Both the position numbers and the translations under genes were made by a program. 64,000 nucleotides of DNA from a virus (taxonomy: Duplodnaviria; Caudoviricetes), in IMG/VR virus record IMGVR_UViG_3300031992_004562, positions 47,626 to 111,625 of that record, one strand, 5' to 3'. Shown here piece by piece: positions 44,684 to 57,381 of the stretch. Numbering within the stretch: the first letter of the stretch is position 1; every line of letters begins with the position of its first letter. The notes beneath the pieces were generated by a model that saw only the letters and a list, made by a program, of their open reading frames with translations, searched no databases and was not told the DNA's origin.

Positions 44684-46765
44684 TCAAATTTTATTATCAA
44701 TATTTGTAAAGATTGTTGAAAGCATTTTAATAATAGAAGTCATATTTAACACTTTAAGATTTGGTTTGTTATTTAAACTAAATTCATTATTAATAGAGTT
44801 TGTTATGGCTTCATGATTACTAGAATAATCTGTCATTCCATTTACTCTTAATAATCTTTCTTTTGAATCGCATGCCCAACCAAGATTTGGGCAGTGAATA
44901 TCATATCCATTTTCAATTGCATATGAAATATATGTTAAGAATTTATATAATTGATTATATGTATTTAATTTCATGCCAATATCACCAAAATTAAATGGAT
45001 AGTAGCCACCAACTGTTGAATAATAACCATATTCAACATAATTAAATCTCATATTATATAATAATGAAATATTAGGTTCTTCAAGTGGTTTTTCGTCCTC
45101 ATTTAAATTTTTATTATAATCCTCAACATATTGTTTATATAAAAGATATATAAATCGTTGAATAATTAAAAATTCATTATATACATGATTATCAACGTCT
45201 GATTCAATTATAGAACCTGGATAATTGCCAAATGCATATAATAATTTTCTACATAAGTATACTAATAATTCATCATTTGGATCATCTAAACGTTGTTTAT
45301 CTATTATTAAATCATTATCTTCCCAAACTAAGTTAGGCTTTATACCAAGCACCAAATCTTTAATCATTGATAATTCATCTTTTGTCAATTCATCAAAATC
45401 ACGTTTTTCTCCATTTTCATCTGTGTATTTTATATTAAATCTGTCATATATAAACAAATTATCAACAATAAAATCATATGTTGGATATACACCATAACTA
45501 TTCATAGAACTATCAACATTTAAACGCTTACAATGTTTATAAAATGTATTGGTAAAATTATAAAATGTTGAAAGCCATTGTTGCTCATAATCATTTGTGA
45601 TTTTATCTACATCAATTCCATTATCTTTTAAAATCAATTTAACTACTGGTAAATCTAATTTGCGATATGGGTCTTTTGACTTACGTTCTTTTGCCATTGT
45701 TCTAATTGATAATAGATTTGGTGATTTTGCATTAATACTTTCAAAGTGTTCAATAACATTCTATGGTAAAATATCTATTAAATAATTTTTTGCAAAATTC
45801 TCAGCTGTTGCAATATTCTATTTCTTTTTTGCTTCAAGATCTAATTTGCTATTTAATCTATTTTCAAATTCAACAATATTTTCATCATATGATGATTTTG
45901 TTAATTCAATGCCAAACTCTGTAAATACTAATGCATTTGCATCACAGAAGATTTTAGTGATTTTTGCAAAATCTTCAAATGAATTAAACATATTATAAAA
46001 TAATGGAATCTTTGTGCCATGTCTTAATTTACTATCAAGACCATTAAAATGCTCAACGAATTCAGATGTTAATTTTAATTCATCATCTATTTCCATTAAA
46101 CTCATACCAGGACGAACATCTGGTAAATAATATCCTTTTTTATTCCATACTGTTCTCCAGAATGTTATATTTTCAGTCACACCAATATATTCTAATGGGA
46201 ACTCAATACCTTTAACTATATCACTTGCAGATACTCTTGTACTAAAAGGCTTATCATAATTTAGACAACCAATATATACAGGCCCATCTTTATAATGTTC
46301 ACATATTTTAATAAGTGGATAACTAATATTTAAAAATTTTGAAGTTTTATATGTTGTACAGTTTCCTATATGTAATTCTTTTGTTTCATCATTTAAATCT
46401 ACATATAAGTCATGTTCATATTTTTTAGAATTACGTTCCTATATAATATTAATATATGCAAAATAATGTTTTTCACCATTAATAGTATATGTTTTCCATG
46501 CACATCTATTTGAAAAAGTTTTTTCATTTCCACTATTTATATCAATATCAACATCAATAGGTTTAAAAACATTTACTTTAAGAAATATTCTAAAATCAAT
46601 TTCAGTATCAATAATATCATCTAATGTACGTGATGACATTGGTTGTGAAGATGACGGATTATCCAATTCTTCATCATCAAAATCATCTAATGATAATGCA
46701 TATGTATGTTGTTTGCTTTCTAAAACTGAATTAAAATCGAATTGTTTTTTATCGAAATTGAACAT
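44684..46765 (-). CDS. Large hypothetical protein with divergent leader-A-like N-terminus, code 15
   Basis: Three ORFs in one frame joined by three TAG (693 aa); VLESKQHTYALSLDDFDD. Confidence 0.75.
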
Positions 46766-46864
46766 AATAAACTTATATATTTATGTATTTTATTATTTAT
46801 TTTTAATTAATACTTAAGCATAATAAAACTAATAGACCCTTATTGCATATAATAAATAGAAAAA

Positions 46865-48049
46865 ATGAGCAAAGAGTTGTTTATGAAAACTAATAAAATT
46901 TTGTTATGTCTTGATTGGAGTAATATCCTATTTAGATCATTATTCATAAATCAACTATATGGCGCTAAAACAACTTATGATAATATAGAAGATTGCCAAT
47001 CTTTTATTTATAAGTTTGCAACAGACGTCTGTTCAATTATTAATATTTTTAAACCAAACAATGTTATTTTATTAACAGATTCTCAACATGCTTGGCGAAA
47101 AGATGTTCTTCCAGGTGAAGATGGCTATAAGTCTAATCGTCAACGTCAAGATGGTGTTAATTGGGATAATATTTTTAAATGCTCAGACGATCTAAAGGAA
47201 ATATTTCATAAAGCTGGTTGCCATGTAGCTGAGTATGAACATAGTGAAGCTGATGATATGGCTGCATTATGTAAAGAAGTGGTATTTGAAAAGTACCATG
47301 ACTATAATATTATTATTGTATCTGCTGATGCTGATTTACGTCAATTGATTGATTTCGATCCATTAACGAATCAATATTGCGCAGTTTATAATACAATAGT
47401 TAAGGGTAAAACCGGCAAACGATTCCTTTATATTACTCAAGAAATGAAAGATTGGATTGATAAAAATGAAGATGTTGATATTTTCTTTAGTAATATTGAT
47501 GAATCAAAACAATACATTAAAGATATTGTTGCACAAAATACCAAAATTGATATTGATATTGAAAATCCAAATGAAGTTCTTCTTCATAAAATTTTCTGTG
47601 GTGATGATGGAGATTGTGTTCCAAGTTTTTATAGTTGGATTCATAATGGTAAAACTGTTAGAATTACTCCAGCTAAAGAAAGAAAAATTAGAGAAACACT
47701 TGGAATTAAAACATTAGGTGATTTAATTCAAGCAAAAGACAATTTAAAACCTTTAATTGAAACCGTTGCTAAAAAGGAAGTAAATGATATTGATATTAAT
47801 GAGCGTTTACAACGGCAAAGAGTTTTAGTTGAATTGAATTCCAAGCTTTTTCCTGAAAACATTCAATCTTATAAGGAAACCATTGACTACATGATTCAAA
47901 TGGAACATGATGGATGTTTTGCCAATCTAAAGGCTGCTAATATATTAAAAGGCACAGAATATGAGAATTCTAATAAACCTAAAGCTATAACTGCAAGTGT
48001 ATTTAAAGATATGGAAAAATATGGATTAACAACAATTCCAATTTTCTAA
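46865..48049 (+). CDS. 5'-3' exonuclease / T4 RNase H-like
   Basis: LCLDWSN, YKSNR, EADD, SADADLRQL, GDDGDCVP. Confidence 0.88.
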   Translation: MSKELFMKTNKILLCLDWSNILFRSLFINQLYGAKTTYDNIEDCQSFIYKFATDVCSIINIFKPNNVILLTDSQHAWRKDVLPGEDGYKSNRQRQDGVNWDNIFKCSDDLKEIFHKAGCHVAEYEHSEADDMAALCKEVVFEKYHDYNIIIVSADADLRQLIDFDPLTNQYCAVYNTIVKGKTGKRFLYITQEMKDWIDKNEDVDIFFSNIDESKQYIKDIVAQNTKIDIDIENPNEVLLHKIFCGDDGDCVPSFYSWIHNGKTVRITPAKERKIRETLGIKTLGDLIQAKDNLKPLIETVAKKEVNDIDINERLQRQRVLVELNSKLFPENIQSYKETIDYMIQMEHDGCFANLKAANILKGTEYENSNKPKAITASVFKDMEKYGLTTIPIF

Positions 48050-48108
48050 TTCTTGTTAAATATGCTAAAAATGAAAATAAATAAGAAAAAATTAATTGAA
48101 AAATTAGT

Positions 48109-49167
48109 ATGAATAATAAAATTGATGAATCTGAATTGGCTGCATATGCACAATCAGTTGAAGGTGATCAAACACCAGAGATTTCAATGCCTATAGAAGA
48201 TGCACCAAAAGTAGAAGAGAAAAAAGAACCTACAGTTCAAGAACAACGTAATCTTGCTGCTCAACGCCAACAAGAAGTTGTAAAAACAACTGCAGAACTT
48301 CATGCAGAACGTGAAGAAGAAATTCGTAAAGAATCTGCCAATCGTGGAATTGGTAATGCAATTGTTCCAGTTGAATCCCTTCCATCTAAAGGTTTATTCT
48401 ACCCAGAAGGAACAAAAATTTGGATTAGTTCAGCATCACTTGGTGATATTAAGCGTTGGTCATCAATGAACGAGGATGATATTCAAGATGTAATGGAAAA
48501 AATGGAAGCAATTCTTGAAAGTTGTTGTTCTATTAATTTTGGTCCTAATTCTACAAAACGTGCTCGTTGGAAAGATCTTCTTGATTTGGATAGACTTTAT
48601 ATTTTATTTGCAATTCATGATTGGACATTTATTGGTGGCAAAAATGAAGTTAAAATTAAAGTTACAGAAAAAGAAGATATTACAATGAAAAAGGAAAATG
48701 TAAAATTCATTGAATTCCCAGAGAAATTAATGAAATTTTACAATGAAGAAAAACGTTGTTTCTCATTCCCAGTTGAAAATAAAGCCTTATTTAAGGATAC
48801 AGATGGAATGATGGATATTTATATGCCAACTATTGGTGTAAGTGATTGGTTAAGAGATTATATGATTGCTGCAAGTCAAAGACGTGATAATATTGATCAA
48901 GATTTCTTATCATACGCATCATTATTAATTCCAGATTGGCGTGACCTTACAACAGTTGATGCATATTATGATTTAATTGATAGAACTGTTGATTGGGGAA
49001 CATATGAATGGTCATTAATTTCTAAGGTGCGTGATATTATTGTAGCTGCAGCTGGAAATCCAACAATTGTTTATGTTGATAAGGGAGGCGTTGAACGAGA
49101 GGTTCCGCTTTACTTTCGAAACGGACTTAAGTCGCTCTTTCAGGTTGAACTCAAGATCGACCTTTAA
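48109..49167 (+). CDS. Baseplate hub/tail assembly protein, T4 gp26-like
   Basis: LPSKGLFYPEG..DRLYILFAI pattern. Confidence 0.6.
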   Translation: MNNKIDESELAAYAQSVEGDQTPEISMPIEDAPKVEEKKEPTVQEQRNLAAQRQQEVVKTTAELHAEREEEIRKESANRGIGNAIVPVESLPSKGLFYPEGTKIWISSASLGDIKRWSSMNEDDIQDVMEKMEAILESCCSINFGPNSTKRARWKDLLDLDRLYILFAIHDWTFIGGKNEVKIKVTEKEDITMKKENVKFIEFPEKLMKFYNEEKRCFSFPVENKALFKDTDGMMDIYMPTIGVSDWLRDYMIAASQRRDNIDQDFLSYASLLIPDWRDLTTVDAYYDLIDRTVDWGTYEWSLISKVRDIIVAAAGNPTIVYVDKGGVEREVPLYFRNGLKSLFQVELKIDL

Positions 49168-49618
49168 TGATCCAACACAAAGAGAAATAACTCTTAGTGA
49201 ATGTTTTGAAAAAATATATGTTGATAGTGCATTATATCCTACAACATATGCATGTTTAAGTTCTAATAATATAACATTTAGAACAAATGGAATTAAAAAG
49301 ACATTGCTCGGTTGTAGTGCAGAAGTATTAAATCCATGTACAGGTTTTAACCTTACACATGATACCTTATTAAATATGATATATTATTTAGTTAAGGAAG
49401 GACATTTTACAATGACAGATTTAATACATACAGATTGGTTTTATGCTGATTTATTTTACGAAAAACTCTATGATGAAATTGAGAAGAAACGTAAACATGA
49501 TGAAGAAGAAAATAAACGCCAAGAACAAGAAATGGCAAACTATCAACAAATGCAAGACTACCAATCAAAGATGATGGAAAATATGAGTCATTATATGCCA
49601 TCCGGCAGTTTTGATTAA
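49073..49618 (+). CDS. gp51-like assembly protein; possibly a frameshift extension of the previous gene
   Basis: +1 frame ORF overlapping about 95 nt; start uncertain. Confidence 0.55.
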   Translation: MLIREALNERFRFTFETDLSRSFRLNSRSTFNDPTQREITLSECFEKIYVDSALYPTTYACLSSNNITFRTNGIKKTLLGCSAEVLNPCTGFNLTHDTLLNMIYYLVKEGHFTMTDLIHTDWFYADLFYEKLYDEIEKKRKHDEEENKRQEQEMANYQQMQDYQSKMMENMSHYMPSGSFD

Positions 49619-49704
49619 TTGAAATGCTACCATATTTTTGGTAGCATTTCATATTTAAACTTTTATGTGAGATCATTATAAAATATTTAAATATTTTAAT
49701 TTAT

Positions 49705-50097
49705 ATGGTATACGATATTGATTATATTGCAAATGATGGAAATAGATATACATTATTTGATATTGATATTTGGCTAAAACCAAGAGAATGTAAATATGAA
49801 AATGGCAAGTGGATTAAAGATGATGATTGGCATTCAGAATTACAAAAATCTGTAAATAGTCGTTGGATAGCTAAATTTGTTTTTGAACAAATCCATACTA
49901 GAGAAGAGTTAACTGCATTTATCAAAGATTGCGAAAAAATAGATTGGCTACGTGGATATTTACATGAAGAACACACAAATTATTGGTTACCAATGGATCA
50001 AGCTGAATATGCATTATATCATAATCATTTACCAGATATCAAAAAAGTAATTTTTGATTTTGCTGAAAAGTGGAATCTTTCAATAAATGAAGACTAA
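49705..50097 (+). CDS. Hypothetical protein
   Basis: 130 aa ORF. Confidence 0.7.
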   Translation: MVYDIDYIANDGNRYTLFDIDIWLKPRECKYENGKWIKDDDWHSELQKSVNSRWIAKFVFEQIHTREELTAFIKDCEKIDWLRGYLHEEHTNYWLPMDQAEYALYHNHLPDIKKVIFDFAEKWNLSINED

Positions 50098-50115
50098 AAA
50101 TAATTATATAATAAA

Positions 50116-50541
50116 ATGAGTACAAATGAAGATGTAAAACCTGAGGAACTTGACATTACATTACCATCTGAAATTTTAAATTAGGTTGATGAAGATGATG
50201 ATAGTGATATGCCTCTTCCAGAAACTGCAGAATATAAAGAAGTTCGTGGAAATGCAGAAGATAATAGATTGTTAGCACCAACAATTAAATTCTATAAATT
50301 ATTTGAAGATTGTATGGGAAAATTGCCATATGCATCAATTTTGAAAAATGGAAATAATGATCAGATTAAATTAGTTGATTTAATAAGATTTGTTGAATCT
50401 AAAAATTCAACTGGAATCACTATTAAAGAAATGAATACTGTTATTTCATTTGTGGCAACTGCACCACTTGAATATGTAAGACCATTAATGGAAATTATTG
50501 ATTCAAAGGAAAGACAACAAGAACTTTGGTCATTAAAATAA
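50116..50541 (+). CDS. Hypothetical protein, code 15
   Basis: ATG 50116, one TAG, joins ORF 50209. Confidence 0.72.
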
Positions 50542-50624
50542 TTTAATTTAAATTAAATTTTGTCATAAAACTTTAAAAAATAGAGGACTTATAAAGCCCT
50601 CTATTTAATTTTATATTCTAATAA

Positions 50625-52283
50625 TTATGAGAATATTAAATATTTTATTCTAATTGGTACGTCATTTGGATTATAAACTAACATACTTGTTGGAAGATTC
50701 ATTGTATTTGATTGTGGATCATCATCTTTTCCAATAATCATATATGAATTACCAACTTTATCCCATAACATATTATCATTTACATATTGCATATATCTAA
50801 ATAAACCAATAATATCATCTTTCTTTGAATAGTATGTATTACCCATCCATGCTAAATCATCAATAACATCAATATTTGGTCTATATGGATCTAAATAATC
50901 TGTATCAATATCATTAACAGCTTTTTGCTCTTCTGTTTCTTCATTCCACCCATTAGGTAAATTACTTATAGAACTTTCAACTGATGCAGAACCAAATTCA
51001 GGATTCTATTCTCTAAAATCATTTTCTTCTTTTGTTAATGTTGCATTAGATAAAACTCCTACAACTTTTGGCATATATTGTTTTTCTTTAGTTAATTGAT
51101 ATAATTTAACTTTTGATTTAATATGATTAATCCATAATGATGAATATTCATAATCATCAGTATTTGTTGGCCAATCTGGAACAAGCACTATTCCTCTAAA
51201 TGCACCATTAGGATATTTCATTAATGGAATTCTTAAATGTTTATCTTCTTTTAACCAATAGAAATCTTTATAGTATTCATCTAAATCTTTAAATTTTAAT
51301 TTAATATCATTAATAATATTTCTTATTGCTTCGATATTGTTTATATCATATTCATTAAATAAATCAGCATCATATACAGTGTTCTAAATTGCAATATTAG
51401 CTTTAGTTAACCAATACATTTCTTCTTCCTCTGTTGTAGCATTAATAGCATTATGCAAATACTCAATCATTTTATCAAATGAATCAAGGTCTTTTACTGC
51501 ATCTTCATAATTATAAATTAACCATGAATATAAATCACAATTTATATTATATGTTGTTGGATTATATTCTTCACAATTTGGAACTGGATGATACTTATCA
51601 ATTAAATCATACATATATTGTTTTAATCCAGTAATGCTTTTCTTAAATGGTGAGTATGGGTAATCTTCTGATTGGAAATCAATATCTATACGAAGATTAT
51701 TAATATAATAAAAATATCCTTCTTTTTGAGAAATAAATCTTAAATATTGATATGTCTATTTGTCAAAATCATCAAATTGCTCTATTAAATCTGTAGAAAT
51801 TAAAATATTATGTTTCTTTAATTGCTCATTAATTTGCTTAACAAATGATGTATGGCCATCTGCTTCAGTATGAATATGAAATTTCTTTGGTGCAAAATTA
51901 TCATAAACAATATCAAAATCACAATTTAAATAATATTCATATCCTTCTGTTTCTTTAACATGTTTTGGAATAACATAATAATATTCTGCTCTTGCAAAAC
52001 CATATTCTTGTCCTTGAAGAACATAACATGAATGTGGTTGAAGAATTCTAGTTTCTGAATTATATTGTGTTAACCCAGGAACATGTATATTTGTTAAATC
52101 AATATTTGCAATAGGATTACCATTTGAGTCGGTAATTGAACCGGCTGCATTACCAGTTGAATTTACAGTAATATCAAATGATGTATCTTCTTCATCAATT
52201 GCCGAATTACATGTGTATCCTGCAGATACAACATTATTTGATTTAGAATATAAACTATAAAATAAATTTTTATTTGATGACAT
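50625..52283 (-). CDS. Putative structural protein, code 15
   Basis: Four ORFs in one frame joined by three TAG; 552 aa; AATAAATA upstream. Confidence 0.75.
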
Positions 52284-52321
52284 ATTATTTAAATTAAATT
52301 ATTCTTTTTATATTTATTAAA

Positions 52322-55300
52322 TTAGCCCATTTCAACACTGCCAAACAATGCTCTTGGTGATGAATCAAACTTAACAGTAATTTCTTTATTTTGATTAGAC
52401 CAATTATCTAATGCAGATGCTATTGCATTTGCAATATATTGGCTAAATTCTTGCATATTTTCTTTGCGTTTTTCTTCTTTTAACTTTTGTTTTTCTTCAT
52501 TAGTAGCCATTGTTTCGGTATTTGTTACAACCTTCTATACAGTATCTTTAACTTTTTCGGTTGCTTCAACAATTGCAGCTGCACCTTTAGATTTAATAAT
52601 ATCAGATACTGAACGCATTGCATTATATTTGTTCATTAGTCTTAATGAATTATTTAATGTATTATTAAGTTTTTCGATATTATCTGACATATCTCTAAAA
52701 TTAGAAGATATTGATTGAATTGCTTCTGTACGCTTTTCTTCTTTTTCAATTAATTCAACATCAAGCATTTTTAAAGCATGAGCTAAATCACGTATCTAAT
52801 TAGGAGTAGTTGCCAAATATGGTTTAATATGGCCTAAACCTCTAGCCGTATGATACATTGTCCATTCAAAATGATGTGAATTATGTAAGGCTTTATTAAA
52901 CGAAGTAAGTGTCATAAATTTAGTTATTTTTCTTAATCCTGATACTATATGTTTAATATCTTCACTAAATGATTTTCCAATTTTTGTAACATCGAAATCA
53001 TCACTTAATAAGTGTTTAGTACCTTTTACAAAACTAATCATTGCCTATTCAAATGCCTATGCATTTCCTGAATAAGTTGTTGTTCTTCTAAATAATCTGC
53101 CTGAACGTACTGAATATCCATTAATTTTACTAAAGTCTGTATCATTTAAGAAACCAACAATTATAAGTAATCCATCAACTAAATTTGCAACATCATCTTT
53201 AAAAAATGAACTAAATTTTGTTATATCAAATCCTTCTTGTAATAATTCTTTAACACCATTTTTAAAGAATCTCATTGCATTTCTAAATCGCATAGAATTT
53301 TTATTTACTGTTCTAAAGAATTTCTTTGTTTCTGGATGTAAGAAATCAGCAATCTATTGAAGACCATTTAAAACATCTCCAATTTGAGTTGGGAAGTTTT
53401 CATTAAGAAGAGATTTTTTATCAAATTCGAATACTGATAATAAATGTTTCATACTCTTTTTGAATCTTCTTAATCCAATTTTAAATAATCTTGCATTTTT
53501 ATCTATGCCATTAAAATCTTTATTTAAAAATTCTACAATTTTTGATCCACCCTGCGTTAATAAATCTAATTTCTTTATTAAACTATCGTCCATTTGAACT
53601 TTAAATTTATCTGCATATTTAAACACTTTAAATAAGTGTTTCATACTCTTTCCAAAGGTTTTAAAGATTTTTCTAATTTTCTTATGTTTAATATCTTTTT
53701 CTGCCAATTCAATTAATGGATCAAACATTGCAGTAATCATATTTGCAATACCTCTGCTTGCATCTGTCATTTTTTCAATATTTACATCATATGCTTTATC
53801 ACCAATCTAGACTTTGCCTGCAGCTAATTGCATAATAGGATCAATTAAATTACAAACACCTGTAATTATTTTATTTAAAGGCCCACTTAATTTTTTCATA
53901 TTTTTTCTAGCCTTTTTATCAATCTTATCAAAACCTTTTCCTAATTCAGTTAAAAATATGCTAAATGATTTTGATAAAGTAACAGCAGCCTTTTTAAAAT
54001 CTGATGGTTTTAATTTAATATAATGTATAGGATTTCCATTTTTATCCCATTTATCTGCAATTTTCATTGATGCCATTTTTTGAACAACATCTACAAATTT
54101 ACTTATTGATTCTATTACTGGACGAATTGATTTACCTATTGCTGCTACTTTAATTGCTGATTTAATTCCAAAGTCATCTAATTTATCAATAATAGTTCTA
54201 AGGCAATCAATCATTCCACCATCTTCTATTATTCTACTTAATGCAGATTTAATATCTGCTTCAGACATACTTTTAACATCTTTTAAAAGTTTAGTAAATA
54301 ATAATAATGCACCAGTTATACTTGCAATCATAATTGATATAGTTTCAACCATTGCGAATCCTGCCCAGAAGAATGGGTCTAATGCTAATGGTGATAATAT
54401 ATGTGCTAAACCAATCATACCAACTATCATTGCTGCTGTAACAGCTACACCCTTAAGAACACCTTTAAGAGATATACCATCCATTTGTTTTAAGAATTTA
54501 GCATATAACATCATTGCAAGTGAAACACCAGCAATCATTAATACAATACCAGCAACACCAATTAAACCATTGATTACTGTTGGTTTTGTAAGTCCTTTTG
54601 AAAGTAACTTAAATAACAATATTGATAATAATGTAAATGCTACTGTTATAGCACCGCCAATTACAATTTCTTTAGCATGTTTTCCAACTGAAATATTAAT
54701 AAGCATTGCCAATGACATTCCAAGGAATAATAATATAACCATGCCTACACCTTCAAGACCATTTTTTCCAGTGGTTTTAAATTTCTTAGAACCTAAAACA
54801 TACATAATTCCAAGTGATAATGCAACTATACCAATTAATAGTCCAGCTCCAATTGCAATTGATTTAACATCAAAGGTTTTTGCAATTAATATCAATAATG
54901 CTAATGTAAGTGTTAATCCACCAATTAACATCATTATCTATTTTGCACCAACAAGTGCCTAATTTGCTTCACGTTTAAATTTCTTAGAACCTAAAACATA
55001 TATAATTCCAAGAGATAATGCAACTATTCCTAATAACATTGCACCACCACCAACCAAATCTTGCCATTTATTCAATTTAAATAATAATACTAATGCAACT
55101 AAACTAAGTGTTAATGTGCCAATCATTGATGAAATTGATAATGCAGCTTTTGCAGCAGCCTATGCTTTAGCTGCACCACTTGGACCTCCAGCCAATTTAT
55201 CAATTAGTGATTGGAAAAATCCTCCAATAGCTGCACCGGTTTTTGGGCCAAGCATTTTTCCCATAAACCATAACTACATTATATCTTTTGGCTTAATTTG

Positions 55301-55882
55301 CAATATTGCAGCCATCATCAATCCTAAATTTGTTAATCGTTTAAGAAATGTTTTATTTTGGACTTTTGAATTTGGTGGAATTACATTAATTGCATCTACC
55401 ATTTGTACTAAAAAGCCTTTAAGCATTCCTTTAGCAAGTATTCCATAAAACTTACCAAGTCGTCTACCTAAAAACCAAGCTTTTATAGGATTAAGTGATA
55501 AAATGCTTTTTATGAAATTATCTGACATGCTCATTATTATGCCATGTATCTATGCAAACGCATTAATAGCATTTCCAACGGCCTATAATGTTTCTTTATC
55601 AATTTTAAATGATTTAATGGCAGCGCCTAAAATTTTTATACCATTTGCAACTGTTTCATATTTATCTTTACCAATTTTAGCTAATGGCGGAATAGCAGTA
55701 GAAAGCACTTTAAGAGAATTACCAAGAACTTCTATATTCTTGGCATCCGCCTATATAATACCAGTACTACTAGGAACATTTGATAACCCAGCATTTTTAG
55801 CGGCTTTTTTATTTTCTTTTATTACACCGTCTAATAAATCCAAGATACTGGCTAAATATTCATCTGAACTTTTCTTCGCCAT
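52322..55882 (-). CDS. Tape measure-like protein with multi-pass hydrophobic region, code 15
   Basis: ATG 55882; seven ORF fragments share one frame (1186 aa); A/G/L-rich helices and TM segments. Confidence 0.72.
54776..55030. repeat. Near-identical ~57 bp direct repeat, 198 bp period (66 aa), inside tape measure-like gene
   Basis: TTTAAATTTCTTAGAACCTAAAACATA(C/T)ATAATTCCAAG(T/A)GATAATGCAACTAT at 54776 and 54974. Confidence 0.8.
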
Positions 55883-55996
55883 ATAAAATAAAGCACTTTA
55901 ATTCTTTTATTATTTATTTTCTAAAATATCACTATTCATGAAAATGATCCAGATTTAATTCTGGATCACTTAAATATTCATATGTATAATTTATTA

Positions 55997-56845
55997 TTAC
56001 ATTTTAAATTCGTTGTCTGCGAATGAAAGAATGGCCAACAAATGTAATCTAGCTATATCTTCTTTACCATAATCAGAACAAAGATATTCACAATCATCAA
56101 TATTAGAATAGAAGAAGTTTTCTGTTAATACTGCAGGAACTGTTGGTTTTCCATTCTTTAATGAAAATTGCTCTGTTTTATAAATAACTGTAAAGTTCTC
56201 TTCCCAGTCACGATCTCCATCAGATTTATCTGTTCTTAGTTTTACTTTAGCTCCACTATTTTTATAAAGTTTTTCTGCTTCATCATAAAAACAATCTGCT
56301 AATTTATCGGAAATATTATTTCCCTTTGTAGTATATGCTGACCAACCTTTAGCTGCATCCCAAGCAGAACCTTTACCATTTGCATTGGCATGAACTGAAA
56401 TAAAGATTCCTTTCTTTCCAGATGCTTTTATTTTATTCCATGCTCTAGTTGCTCTAGTTGTTAAACTTACATCAATATCTTTATCCCTTTCTTCATCAGT
56501 TGTAATGAATACTTCAATTCCATATTCATAAAGCATTTTAGTAAGCATATTACAAATTTCACGATTAAATTTATATTCATAAAAATCTAATGCTGGTTCT
56601 ACTTTGCATGCAGAATAAGGAGAACGTTTTCCTGGTGTAGAAGATGCGTGTCCTGGATCAAGTACAACAATTAAACCAGGATATTGTTTTTTAGTAGATA
56701 AAGGGGTTGATTCCATATTAGTATTTTCTATTTTTTCTTCTGGTTTTTTCTTAACGACAACTGTTTTCTTTTTTATCACAGTTGTAGTTTTTTTAATAAC
56801 AACTGGTTCTTTTTGTTTTGGCTTAAAAATATCTAATAATCCCAT
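55997..56845 (-). CDS. N-acetylmuramoyl-L-alanine amidase (Amidase_3) endolysin
   Basis: VVLDPGH, YE, ISVHANA, VLTENFF; TATAAATA upstream. Confidence 0.92.
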   Translation of the reverse strand: MGLLDIFKPKQKEPVVIKKTTTVIKKKTVVVKKKPEEKIENTNMESTPLSTKKQYPGLIVVLDPGHASSTPGKRSPYSACKVEPALDFYEYKFNREICNMLTKMLYEYGIEVFITTDEERDKDIDVSLTTRATRAWNKIKASGKKGIFISVHANANGKGSAWDAAKGWSAYTTKGNNISDKLADCFYDEAEKLYKNSGAKVKLRTDKSDGDRDWEENFTVIYKTEQFSLKNGKPTVPAVLTENFFYSNIDDCEYLCSDYGKEDIARLHLLAILSFADNEFKM

Positions 56846-56961
56846 ATAATTTTTCAATTAATTTTTTATATTTATAATGAAAAAACTTTTATACACGTGC
56901 GAATTAAAATATTTACCATTGGAAAAATATGACGATAAATAAAACAAATATAAACAAATAA

Positions 56962-57360
56962 ATGGAAATTGATACATCAATAGAAGGCATCAAAGTTAAT
57001 AAAGAAGGAAAAGAATATGTTTCAAATCCCTTTTTGTTTAAAGAGATAATGAAATCAAAAGAATAGGATGAATTAACTGCTGATGCTGTTCAAATGCTAT
57101 TATTAATGATTGAAAACATTTCTGCAAAGAAAACTTATAAAGATAAAGAAGTAGAAAAAGATTGTAAGCAATAGGCAATGCTTGATTGTTTACAATATTG
57201 GCGTGGGTTTGATCCTGAAAAATCAAATAATCCATTTGCATATTTTACGTCTGTTATTACCAATGGGTTGGCAAAAGGGTGGAATGCATTTTATCCACAA
57301 AATAAACAAGTGCCAGGTGCAATATTTACCAGTATTGATAATAACATTTATTCAATTTAA
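56962..57360 (+). CDS. Late-transcription sigma factor, T4 gp55-like, code 15 (two TAG)
   Basis: YVSN..FDPEKSNNPFAYFT hallmark; TAG at 57064 and 57172. Confidence 0.85.
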
Positions 57361-57381
57361 GAAAAATATTATAAAACTAAT

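Noticed and set aside
53814-55886. Plus-strand ORFs opposite the tape measure-like gene
   Set aside because: Antisense shadows of the long minus-strand frame
55997-56845. Absence of TAG in the endolysin as a meaningful exception
   Set aside because: The protein has only about three Gln codons, so the absence is uninformative
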